DNA from: Lytechinus pictus
Lineage: Eukaryota
Length of the DNA: 64,000 nucleotides
NCBI RefSeq assembly: GCF_037042905.1
Contig: NC_087245.1
Span: 25,794,001-25,858,000 of the forward strand
Direction: 5' to 3'
In this document: one piece after another, positions 11,998 through 23,905 of the stretch
Position numbering within the stretch: position 1 is the first letter of the stretch
How the letters are laid out: every line of letters starts with the position of its first letter
The notes under the pieces: generated by a model
The model's database searches: none
Told to the model about the DNA's origin: nothing
What the model saw: only the letters and a program-made list of their open reading frames with translations
Position numbers and translations under genes: made by a program

Positions 11998-12289
11998 TAT
12001 GTATATTGCATTCTTTCGAAATCAATGTTAGCGTATGTGCTAGTTTTGAATGATGAAAATTGATACTTCACTGTTTTAGTTCCTATCTATGAGGCGCCGA
12101 ATGTACCAATATTATATAGAACAATTATTTGTTATATAATCATTATTTATTAAATAATAACTATTATTTATATATAATTTACATTTTATTTGTAAATAAC
12201 TACTATTATATAAAATATCATTTCTAATTATTTATATATAATTCCAAGTAATACTTCATTATTTGTAAATAATAATAGTTCGACATTCC

Positions 12290-12675
12290 ATTATTTATAA
12301 ATAATGATTATTTGTTTTTCATTATTTATAAATAATGATTATTTGTTTTTCATTATTTATAAATAATGATTATTTGTTTTTCATTATTTACAAATAATGA
12401 TTATTTGTTTTTCATTATTTATAAATAATGATTATTTGTTTTTCATTATTTATAAATAATGATTATTTGTTTTTCATTATTTACAAATAATGATTATTTG
12501 TTTTTCATTATTTATAAATAATGATTATTTGTTTTTCATTATTTATAAATAATGATAATTGGTTTTTCATTATTTATAAATAATGATTATTTGTTTTTCA
12601 TTATTTACAAATAATGATTATTTGTTTTTCATTATTTATAAATAATGATTATTTGTTTTTCATTATTTATAAATA
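12290..12675 (+). repeat. 31-bp AT-rich minisatellite (~12 units), left arm
   Basis: Unit TTATTTATAAATAATGATTATTTGTTTTTCA repeated head to tail. Confidence 0.9.
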
Positions 12676-15477
12676 ATTTGTTGAGTTTTCCATTATTTAT
12701 AAATAATGATTATTTGTTAAATAATGAAAACGTCTACTTCATTATTTATAAATAATTTTTTCGAGTGCACCATTATTCTCATTATTTATAAATAATCATT
12801 ATTTAATGTTCGAGTTTTCCATTATTTATAAATAAAGATTATTTGTTAAATAATGAAATATCTACTTCATTATTTATAAATAATAATTTTGTTTCAATAT
12901 CCCATTAATCATTATTTATAAACAATTTTTACAGTTTGCCATTATATACAAATAATCATTATTTATATACAAATAACCATTATTTATTAAATAATGCCAT
13001 TATTTATTAAATAATGCCATTATTTATTAAATAATGCCATTATTTATTAAATAATGGAAAACTCGCTATAACATGCAATTGTGGGACCGCCCATGATATG
13101 AATATTCATGATGCGATTTCCTTTTTCGTGATTTTTCTTCACAAATTTTTGTCCATTTCCTCTTCATAATGACATTTCTTGAAGCAATTTTCTAGGGATA
13201 TGGTCTGATTGTAATAATCTTCATTTTCTATATAACTTCGTCTTCGTAGAAATATCAAAAAGTGTAATTTTATACGATTTTTCCTACAGTTCACAATCCC
13301 CATAGGCGCGCGTGTACGGTAGGGACAACCGGTGAATCGACGGAGTGCTCTTCATCGAAATACTACGTTGGTTGGTCCCCGGAAGTGGCGGGCGGAATTT
13401 AGCCCGAATCCTCGATGGAAGTCGATCAAGTGCATATGAGCTGAGAGAGTGAAATATCAGTGTACTTGTACAGGCCCTTCTACTTTTTATAAATATTTCT
13501 TGTTGCTTTTTTTGTTAAGTTAATTTTTCCTGGTGTAGAGATAAGTTTCAGTTCTAATAATGCACTTCAAATACATTTTGGAGTGTCTGTTTGAGGCGTT
13601 TGGGGCGATTTCACCCTGGCCCCAAAATGCTCGCAACGACAATACGGGGGCATGATCATGATGACCCCTAAATTTTTAAAAACTTATTTTTCTATTGAAA
13701 ATTATCACAAAATTCACCAAAAGTGTGCACGAAAGCCTTCGTATTTCACTTTTAAAACTCCAAAAAGTGCCCAAATGACAAGCTTGGTCGCTTCGCTGTG
13801 TCGCTTTCAACTTGAGAAAGTTTACGCGTCTGCTTCCCCCCCCTCCTCCGAAAGAAATTATGTATACGGCCATGCTCTAAAGAGCCTGGCACATTGATTT
13901 ATGTATACTTCATTTTCATTATTTTTATCTCATTATCATCATGGCCTTACGCATAATTTTTTCCGGGGGGGGGGGAGCAGCTAGGACGCGCGTAAAGTTT
14001 CTCAAAAAAATCTTGAAAGCGAGACAGCGACGCGACCAAGCTCAAATGACAAGCTTGGTCGCTTCGCTTTTTCAAGATTTTTATGAGAAAGTTTACGCGC
14101 GTCCTGCTCCCCCCACCCCCCCCCCCCCCGGAAAAAATTATGCGTAAGGCCATGATGATAATGAGATAAAAATAATGAAAATGAAGTATACATAAATCAA
14201 TGTGCCAGGCTCTTTAGAGCATGGCCGTATACATAATTTCTTTCGGAGGAGGGGGGGGGGGGGAAGCAGACGCGTAAACTTTCTCAAGTTGAAAACGACA
14301 CAGCGAAGCGACCAAGCTTGTCATTTGGGCACTTTTTGGAGTTTTAAAAGTGAAATACGAAGGCTTTCGTGCACACTTTTGGTGAATTTTGTGATAATTT
14401 TCAATAGAAAAATAAGTTTTTAAAAATTTAGGGGTCATCATGCCCCCGTATTGTCGTTGCGAGCATTTTGGGGCCAGGGTGAAATCGCCCCAAACGCCTC
14501 AAACAGACACTCCAAAATGTATTTGAAGTGCATTATTAGAACTGAAACTTATCTCTACACCAGGAAAAATTAACTTAACAAAAAAAGCAACAAGAAATAT
14601 TTATAAAAAGTAGAAGGGCCTGTACAAGTACACTGATATTTCACTCTCTCAGCTCATATGCACTTGATCGACTTCCATCTAAGATTCGGGCTAAATTCCG
14701 CCCGCCACTTCCGGGGACCAACCAACGTAGTATTTCGATGAAGAGCACTCCGTCGATTCACCGGTTGTCCCTACCGTACACGCGCGCCTATGGGGATTGT
14801 GAACTGTAGGAAAAATCGTATAAAATTACACTTTTTGATATTTCTACGAAGACGAAGTTATATAGAAAATGAAGAATATTACAATCAGACCATATCCCTA
14901 GAAAATTGCTTCAAGAAATGTCATTATGAAGAGGAAATGGACAAAAATTTGTGAAGAAAAATCACGAAAAAGGAAATCGCATCATGAATATTCATATCAT
15001 GGGCGGTCCCACATTTGCATGTTATAGCGAGTTTTCCATTATTTAATAAATAATGGCATTATTTAATAAATAATGGCATTATTTAATAAATAATGGTTAT
15101 TTGTATATAAATAATGATTATTTGTATATAATGGCAAACTGTAAAAATTGTTTATAAATAATGATTAATGGGATATTGAAACAAAATTATTATTTATAAA
15201 TAATGAAGTAGATATTTCATTATTTAACAAATAATCTTTATTTATAAATAATGGAAAACTCGAACATTAAATAATGATTATTTATAAATAATGAGAATAA
15301 TGGTGCACTCGAAAAAATTATTTATAAATAATGGAAAACTCGAACATTAAATAATGATTATTTATAAATAATGAGAATAATGGTGCACTCGAAAAAATTA
15401 TTTATAAATAATGAAGTAGACGTTTTCATTATTTAACAAATAATCATTATTTATAAATAATGGAAAACTCAACAAAT

Positions 15478-15862
15478 TATTTATAAATAATGAAAAACAA
15501 ATAATCATTATTTATAAATAATGAAAAACAAATAATCATTATTTGTAAATAATGAAAAACAAATAATCATTATTTATAAATAATGAAAAACCAATTATCA
15601 TTATTTATAAATAATGAAAAACAAATAATCATTATTTATAAATAATGAAAAACAAATAATCATTATTTGTAAATAATGAAAAACAAATAATCATTATTTA
15701 TAAATAATGAAAAACAAATAATCATTATTTATAAATAATGAAAAACAAATAATCATTATTTGTAAATAATGAAAAACAAATAATCATTATTTATAAATAA
15801 TGAAAAACAAATAATCATTATTTATAAATAATGAAAAACAAATAATCATTATTTATAAATAA
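15478..15862 (-). repeat. 31-bp AT-rich minisatellite (~12 units), right arm
   Basis: Reverse complement of 12290..12675, with the same variant units in mirrored order. Confidence 0.9.
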
Positions 15863-18119
15863 TGGAATGTCGAACTATTATTATTTACAAATAATGAAGT
15901 ATTACTTGGAATTATATATAAATAATTAGAAATGATATTTTATATAATAGTAGTTATTTACAAATAAAATGTAAATTATATATAAATAATAGTTATTATT
16001 TAATAAATAATGATTATATAACAAATAATTGTTCTATATAATATTGGTACATTCGGCGCCTCATACCTATCGGGGTGCTTTACATCGACAAGTGAAATTG
16101 ACAACTAAATCGTCATTACGGAACCCGGAAAACCTGACCATAATACAAAAAAAGAAAGTTTCCATTGTATACAAAAAGGGCAAAACATTTCACTTAAAAG
16201 GTTTTGAGCAAAGAAAACATGAATCCTTAACTATCTAGACAACTATCAGGTAAGAATTTAATCGGTTGACCCATTCATGCCAGTGGTATACATAAACAAA
16301 TTTCCGACGTTCAGAAAGAGATTTCGAATAGCTAAAGTCATTCGGATGTTAAAAACTGATTCTCTCGTCAGTGCCAGTACACGTAGATTTACTTGAGCTA
16401 TTTGGTTGCTTATCAGATTTCAGTCATGCTTAAAATAAACGTGGATGATAAACCGCCTTGTGATGTGATCTGATATATAAATAGAATCCCAATCCATATG
16501 ACTGGACGCTAATTGTCATTGTCAAGACTAGAGGAAACAATTTGAATAAATCAAGTATCTTGTGAGAATACTATTCTCATAAAATATACGACTTTAATAC
16601 GGCCTCTATTTGAAGCACAATGAGGTTTTACACCCTTACATAAAGTAAAGTGACGGTTTGTACTATTCCATTTAAATGAAATTCTTTAAAACCAACTAAC
16701 GATATAATAAGGTTCATGCACTTCTGGAGAGTCAACTTACCGTTATGTGGTATATAACTATGAGAAAAAAGATGCCTAGAAATAAATTTACCTTCAAAAA
16801 TACAGTAATTTTCTGGCAACTTCTGCGCAACTTCTGTCCGTGAAATTTACAGTTTAGCGTATATCTTTGAGACCTTTAAGCTGGGTCTTTCGTAAATGAA
16901 ACGCTTTTTCACGGTAAATTGGGCCGAAAAATTATGGATTTCCCCTTGAAATTTGGTAATTATTAGTGTTTGTTAGTTGAATTTTGCAGACAATTTCTGA
17001 TGGGAAGATGTAAAAAAAAAAGGGGGGGGGGGTTAAAAACCGTACTAAAAGGTAAAACACCTATAGAATGAAAGCTATAATGAATCAGAAGACAACAGTT
17101 TCATACATTTTCACTGCCAAACAGCTATGTATTTTGCTTCATTTTCGATAATGGGCCTATCGCTTTTCAAAAACCTGAATTACATGCCGTCATTCAAAGT
17201 TGAGATTACATGCGTTTATATGAAGACATAAAAATGTGCTTTCAAAATTAGGAATGGGAAAGTTTAAGAACAATATGCACGAGAAGGACTGCATTTTGAA
17301 TATTTACTGCTTATTTTGATAAAACCCAAGCTCTTGAACTCGTTTTTGGCGAAGATTTACAAAAGATGACGTCATAGAATCCTTGCCGGTGAATAGCACA
17401 ATGATACCCATTTTCGATGTTTCCGATTTGTAACGTTTGTAAAACAAATACTCGGCAGGTAAGTTGTAAAAATGCACGAAACTATTTTTGTTGTGTTTTC
17501 CATTAGCTCTCCGTTGAAAATATAGTACCGTGATTGCCGGCGACATGCAAATCTTTATTTCTTTATCAAGGCTTTCACCTTAATGTCGATCCAATCCCAT
17601 CGATGTCAAAACGTAACTATGGTTGTCATTACTGGAGCAGCAACAGACATTCCAAAATATATAAATTACTGTTCATTTGTGTGAAAGAATATGATTCATC
17701 AACATCCAATTCAGTTTCACGAATAGATCAGACGTGTGGTCTCCAACGTCGAAGAATAGCAACAAACACTTTTAAAACTGCCTTTAGGTATCACTATTGG
17801 TACAAACTTAAGATATATCCAAATCTGAACACTTTGATCCCTACCAAAGGTTGGTTTTCAAAAGATACAAATTGAGTTATCTACAAAAACTCTCCGGACA
17901 CCCTGGCTCATCTTTAGCTTTCTTATTAAAGTTGTAAACGGATTCTAAAACAACCTCGGCTCACTTTTTTCTAAACTTGTAGTCCCACTCCTTTTTTTTT
18001 CTTTTAGGATATTTAGGAAATTATGTTCACTTAGGTATTCCTTGGCCCAACAATATTTTCTCGGTTTTCCTTTTTCCTATTAGGTAAACAATATATTTAT
18101 ATATATATGTATATATATA

Positions 18120-18947
18120 CAGTGCATCCCACAAAAAACGAAACCGAGATTTATCGATGATTTATCATAACTTAATCATAAATATAATAGACAAATGACC
18201 TACCATTGTAAAGCTTAGAATCTCCTCTTTCATCTGATATTTATACTCAGATTGTTTCTCATTCACGCATGAGTGAGCAAAAACAATTTGAAGAGGGGAT
18301 ACCAAAAAGTCATTTGGCGGGCTGTATCTGGGTTTCAAAAAGAAAACCACATTTCAAAAAAGTTCAATATCTGCTCTTTAATTTGATACCTCAATGACAG
18401 AAAATTGTCTAGAAATACCAAAGTTCTGGTTATTTGAAATAAGGCTTGAATTTCAACAATTTCATAAAATGAAGAGGTCTTACAGGCTAGCGTTCAAACT
18501 CACTCGACACTCCGTTTTTTTGACGATCAGCCATGCATTATTTTAAAGTTTGTTGTTAACCATGCGATAGCTTCTGTGGGAAACCGGTGAAAACACGTTT
18601 ATTTAATGAAATTATGGAAATACAAGGATTGTTTCGAGGGAACATAACTTTTTTACTTCTTGACCATTTTTTGTGATTAAGGTATCAAATTAAAGAGCAG
18701 ATATTGAACTTTTTAGGCATGTGATTTTCTTTTTGAAATTCAGATACCCCCGCCAAATGAGTTTTTGGTATCCTTTCTTCAAATTGTTTTTGCTCACTCA
18801 TGCGTGAATGAGGAATAATCTAAGTAATATCAGATGAAAGAGGAGATTCTAAGCTTTACATTGGTAGGTCATTTGTCCATTGTATTTGTGATTAAGTTAT
18901 GATAAATCATCACTTAATCTCGGTTTCGTTTTTTCTGGGACGCACTG
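18120..18947. mobile_element. Tc1/mariner-type MITE (~830 bp), copy 1
   Basis: TA|CAGTGCATCCCACAAAAAACGAAACCGAGATT ... AATCTCGGTTTCGTTTTTTCTGGGACGCACTG|TA, with TIRs of about 300 bp. Confidence 0.9.
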
Positions 18948-21900
18948 TATATATAGTGAGGCGATGAAAAACTTACTCTCTGCCTGTCTTGAAACTATCT
19001 TTTGTCCTACGAAAGAATCAAGGATACACATATACATAGAAAAGGCCAATTAACTAAACATGCTGGCAAATGGACAAGAGTTGATTAAAGAAACAGGCTG
19101 GTATTCCTATTTTCTATTCTCGGTCGAGGTTTCTGGTTTTTTTATGTAGTGATATATAGAGTTGAGTGCTTTCTTATCTTAATTTTGGTAATGTAATTTC
19201 CTATTGTTTCTTATTCAGTGTTTTTTGTATTCAGAAAATACTGAATACAGTTTGAGCCGGGTCTAAGTAATTGCATGAAGTTAGGCGCATTCTTTTCTGC
19301 TAATTTAAAGCCGTTTTCCATGTTTATTTCATGTTAACCTTAGACATACATGATCTATCATGCACGAACATCATTATTAAATAGCTGTTTTATGACTAAA
19401 CCGGCCTACCCTCCACGTTTCTTATCATTTGTAATGAATAAAATGTGAAATGATAAATAAAAATAAACAAATTTGTATCCTATTTAATGACTTATTACAC
19501 TAAAAAGCTTATGTTCAATTCAATTCTTTATTCCATTTCCATTCGAAACATAATACAAAGTAATATAAAGTAATATAAATCAAGTACAATTTTACAGCTT
19601 ATGTATAACATGACCAGGCCCTTTGGTTCTTGTTCTCAATATGTTTAAAAAATAGCGGTATGGTAATCCTACGCCAATTACGTGTGTAGGTTGTGATACC
19701 TTGATTGCAATGAGAAAGGGATGAACGATAAACAAGAAGTCTACACCACTTAATCTACTTATTTTCTTCCTCACCCCACCAAATACGATAATCAGTGATG
19801 TGGATTAGCGGAGGAGAGCCCCATGCGCTTCGTAAGGGTGGTACACGAGTACGATACATGCTAGATGGATAGCGGGCAGTATGAGAGACAAAGGTATAAG
19901 GAAATTAAGACCGCGTTTTACTTGACCCTACCAAAACAGGAAGGAAGTTGGCGGGTACTTGGTCTTCGATGTGGAGTTTGTGTGTGTGTGTTTATGTAGG
20001 GTGGGTGGGTGCATTTGGAGGGTTCGGTTTGGTGGTGAGTGGTTTTAATTCCCTTTTTATTCACTTTTTGATTGACCACTATTCGATTGCGGTATGATAG
20101 TAAGAGGTATGTTAGTTGTGTGTTGATTGGTTTGCGCGTAGCTTTGTCCACGGTACGGTTCTGCTGTGACAGAATACCGTTTAATGGCAATATACCACTG
20201 TCATAATGTGTAGTTGCGATAAGTTTCATTGCTGACACGATTGTGAGCTAAATGATTCACCTTAGTAAGAGATTTTAATTCTTATCAATTCCACAGGTCG
20301 AAAAACTTACAGGTTATCAAAAATGCATTGTTTAAGATGCGCAGCGGAACTGTGTACAGTTATTGTGAGATCATAATCAAAATAAGCTTTTAAAGCGCTT
20401 TATAAATAAAATTAACATCGATTGTAGTTTATGGGGCTGAAGAATAATCACGATGATAGTTGTTTCATAGGCAAATTGATTTAAAAGATTTTGTTTTAAG
20501 TATGACCTTTGCTAGACACATCATCAGACTCCTATTAATTCACCAGTCAGGTTAGCAGAATGTAAAACTATTGGCATATATACGTTGAAATATATGGATG
20601 AACGATATTCTATTTTCGCGCACTCAGAATACATTACAAACAGATTAGAAGATGATTGGTATTTCCGATTTATGATTAGCAATAATTATTGATTCCATTT
20701 CTATAAATTGATTTGATTTCCAAAGAAATATCCACGCTTAACGTATAAGGCAACAAGGTCCTTCAGCGCCCACGTGACGTCGGGTGTTGTTTTTGTTATT
20801 ACTTGATTTTTTGTTAAGGCGCTCTCATTAAAAAAATATATATCTGCGCCATTAACGTGAAACCTATTTTTATAAGTAGCAAATCACATTTTGAAGTATT
20901 TAGTAAACCCAAGCCACCAAATTTTCTTTCTTCCTGACAGAAGAGACAGAGATGATATCTAGCTTAGATATTAAACCAGTATCTTGTCAGTTTCAACCAT
21001 GTTTAGCACATTGTATAGGAAATCTGAATATCCATCAACTTACCGTAAATGAAATTACTATTCAGTTAACCTTGCACACCTTATCTTTATTGGTTGTATC
21101 AATAACACTATTGGAAATAACACAGTGTCCCTCAGTGTGTTCAGTGTGTTCCACACTGTGAATTCCACTTCACACTGTTAAATTTGAGCATTTCAACAGT
21201 GTGACTCACATATTCACACAGTCGACCATGTGAAGACGCTGTGTGAACAGTCACACTGTTGATGTGTGAAAACATCTTCACAATGTTGTATTTGAGCATT
21301 TCAACTTGTAAATATTGGTTTTACATAGTCCGCTATGTGAACACAACTGCGTCCTTTCCAGGAGGGAATTAATCACACTCGTAATACAATTTCAGTTAAG
21401 ATTAGATGAACAAGTTTTTTTTTTCTTCTTCCGGTAGACTAATTGGAGATCGGACACCGGATGAGATGAATGGTATCCCTACCGCCAAACATGTACATGA
21501 ATAAATGAACTTTAGTAAATTCGGATTAAACGTCAGATTAAATTGGGTTAGGATTTTATTTCATCAGCATAGAATGTGCCCCGGGATATATTGCGCTAAG
21601 CAATTTGGTTGAAAGGATACCTGGATGCTAACGATCGCTCAAAGTAATGCAATTGCACACCGCTCATACCGTCACAACGCACATGTAGCCAATGAATAAA
21701 TATATTGCTTTCTTATAACCACATTGTATGCGCAAGTTCGCAGAAAAAAACCCATCTCGTATTCTTGAACGAAAAACTTCACAGAATCAAAAGAAATTGT
21801 ATCTGTGAGAATCTCCCTAAAGATTTGTTTGCCTTTCTCGTTTCTTTTTCTTTTCTCCCTTTCTTTGGTATTGAACTCAATGCAAATGGAATACATATTC

Positions 21901-22835
21901 TAGATTATTTTCCAAATTTTTTTTTTATAGGCGTACATATTGAATTTTCACTGTATACATTTTCTTCTTGTTGTAATGCGATTTGATTTCTGGACGTGTT
22001 GAAATGATAGCGGTTAAGGGATTAAAGTGTGTCTAATTTTGTCTCCTTCCGCCATACAAAATGTTCATGGAGTTTCTATGAAACTTATTATGTGGTGTCA
22101 ATGCATCGATTGTCTGTGTTGTTGGGGGTTTACCCCTTTTGTCATGCAATGCATATTACGTTTTATAGTCCGTTCTTTATGAGTTATGTATTACTAGTTT
22201 TATTTGATTTTATTAGGCGAGAGTGTTTATTAATGTGTCAATATATTGCATTTCTAAAACATACGAAATACTTGTTGGGAAAGATTCGTACATCAAGAGA
22301 TTTCTAACTTGTACTCAAATCATATCTATGATCTGAAAAAAAAACAATCCATATAAAATAAGCATGAAATAATTAGATCTGCTTAGCAAAAAAAGTTTTG
22401 ACCATGTTAGTATTTTACTCTATTTTCTTATGTTCTGTCAGTAAATAACAATAATTGTTTTTTAATGTGAATCAATTTATAGAGAATCCGATTTGATCGT
22501 TTTTTTTTTTCAAATTCTACAGTATGACTTTGCCTGTAAATCATTCAATACTTCTTTGATCAGTGATTGTTATCTAGAACATGCGTTCATATAATCATGG
22601 TTTTATTAATATATGTAATTTGATTGAATCACTGTTCTCTAATCCATCCCCTCTTGGTAATGATGCCACAGTCACGCCACGAAACAGAATCCCGACCGTT
22701 CAGGGCCTTAATACTTTATTTACAATGGCATGCATTGGTGGGTTTTGGGGTCGGTTTCGTTAATGTGACTGTGGCATTGGTATGTTCTATTGATGTTCCC
22801 ATCAATAGAAAAAATTCAGAGTAGTGTTGTGTAAT

Positions 22836-22837
<2 letters not shown>

Positions 22838-22912
<75 letters not shown>
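22838..22912. repeat. (TA)n microsatellite
   Basis: About 37 TA units with one interruption. Confidence 0.95.
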
Positions 22913-22914
<2 letters not shown>

Positions 22915-23029
22915 CCTGTCTTTAAGATGGTTGAGTTATTAATTTTTGGCAGGTGTATTTCAGTTAGGCTGGAGCACTATTAACGTAAAACTAATGCATT
23001 AGTTGTAAAAGAAAAGGGGTTTCATCAAA

Positions 23030-23186
23030 GGGGAGAGTTTCATCAGAATTTTTCACGACAGGTTGTCTGGTCTGACAACTTTCTATGATTTTGATTGACT
23101 GAAAAGCACTGTTACTAAGGCAACTGACGGATAAAATGGGACTCGTCGGACAAAACATCCAACAATTTCTTTCATGAAACACTGCC
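23030..23186. mobile_element. Degenerate small MITE just upstream of the orexin promoter
   Basis: GGGGAGAGTTTCATCA ... TCATGAAACACTGCC, imperfect terminal inverted repeats. Confidence 0.4.
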
Positions 23187-23267
23187 TGGTGCATTGCATT
23201 CGTCGGTTAGTCTGCAGGCACAGACCCTGATTGAAACTTCAGGTGGGTCTCCACGCAAAGACTAGCA

Positions 23268-23306
23268 TATATAAAACCTGCTGCTTCAATTCGAGGGACT
23301 TCAGTA
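23268..23306 (+). promoter_or_regulatory. Putative core promoter (TATA box plus Inr-like motif) of the orexin-type gene
   Basis: TATATAAAA at 23268-23276 and TCAGTA about 33 bp downstream, ~230 bp before the ATG. Confidence 0.5.
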
Positions 23307-23530
23307 TACAAGGTATCATAGATTGCACTTTCAGATCCCTTAACTCGAATGAAGGGATAAACACAGCAGACTACCTTCAGTATATTCAGTATCTTCAGAA
23401 TTGAAGTATTGAGAGTATCTTCGTATCAAAGTATTTTATGGTTATTCATTTTTTTTCCCTCTCTCTCTGATTTTTCTTACATATCTCTTCTACGTTGACT
23501 GGATGTACCACCCTTTGCCGTCATTAGGAG

Positions 23531-23905
23531 ATGACTCGGGGCGTTCCCTCGCAGATTCCGCGGGTGCTGTTTGTAATTTCATTGGTGCTCCTCGTGTGCC
23601 TACCCGGGATCAGCCTCGCAGATAGGGCTTGTTGTCGTCGGACAGAAGGCTGCAACCTCCGAACCGACTGTACGTGTAAGATTCTCGAGATTAGGTGCAG
23701 AGACCCGACCATTGGCATCCAATATTATGGTAAAAGATCCCCAGTCAGGTCAGCACCGTCATATCATGATTCATTTACACCTATTCTACAGAGGATAGCA
23801 GAATTGGCATCACAACATCAGGATGATGAAAGGTGGAAAAGGAAAAGATGGTCTTCTTCAAATAGTCGGTACCCTTTTTATAATTACGACCTGAGGCCAT
23901 TTTGA
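23531..23905 (+). CDS. HCRT: Orexin/hypocretin-type neuropeptide precursor (echinoderm six-cysteine type), 124 aa
   Basis: Hydrophobic signal peptide (aa 1-30, ending ISLA), then DRACCRRTEGCNLRTDCTCKILEIRCRDPTIGIQYY and a GKR amidation/cleavage site. The ACC..CNLRxDCTC..C.DP..G pattern matches echinoderm orexin-type peptides as I recall them (e.g. Asterias rubens OX1). Confidence 0.88.
   Translation: MTRGVPSQIPRVLFVISLVLLVCLPGISLADRACCRRTEGCNLRTDCTCKILEIRCRDPTIGIQYYGKRSPVRSAPSYHDSFTPILQRIAELASQHQDDERWKRKRWSSSNSRYPFYNYDLRPF

Larger units (their letters stand above)
12088..16065. mobile_element. ~4-kb fold-back non-autonomous DNA transposon with IS3EU-like termini
   Basis: CCTATC|TATGAGGCGCCGAATGTACC ... 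GGTACATTCGGCGCCTCATA|CCTATC gives a 6-bp TSD and TAT..ATA ends. Arms are reverse complementary up to a centre at ~14047. No credible ORF. The superfamily label is less certain than the structure. Confidence 0.88.

Noticed and set aside
12290..12675. CRISPR-like array of 31-bp repeats
   Set aside because: Units are head to tail with no unique spacers, there are no cas genes, and the context is eukaryotic. It is a minisatellite.
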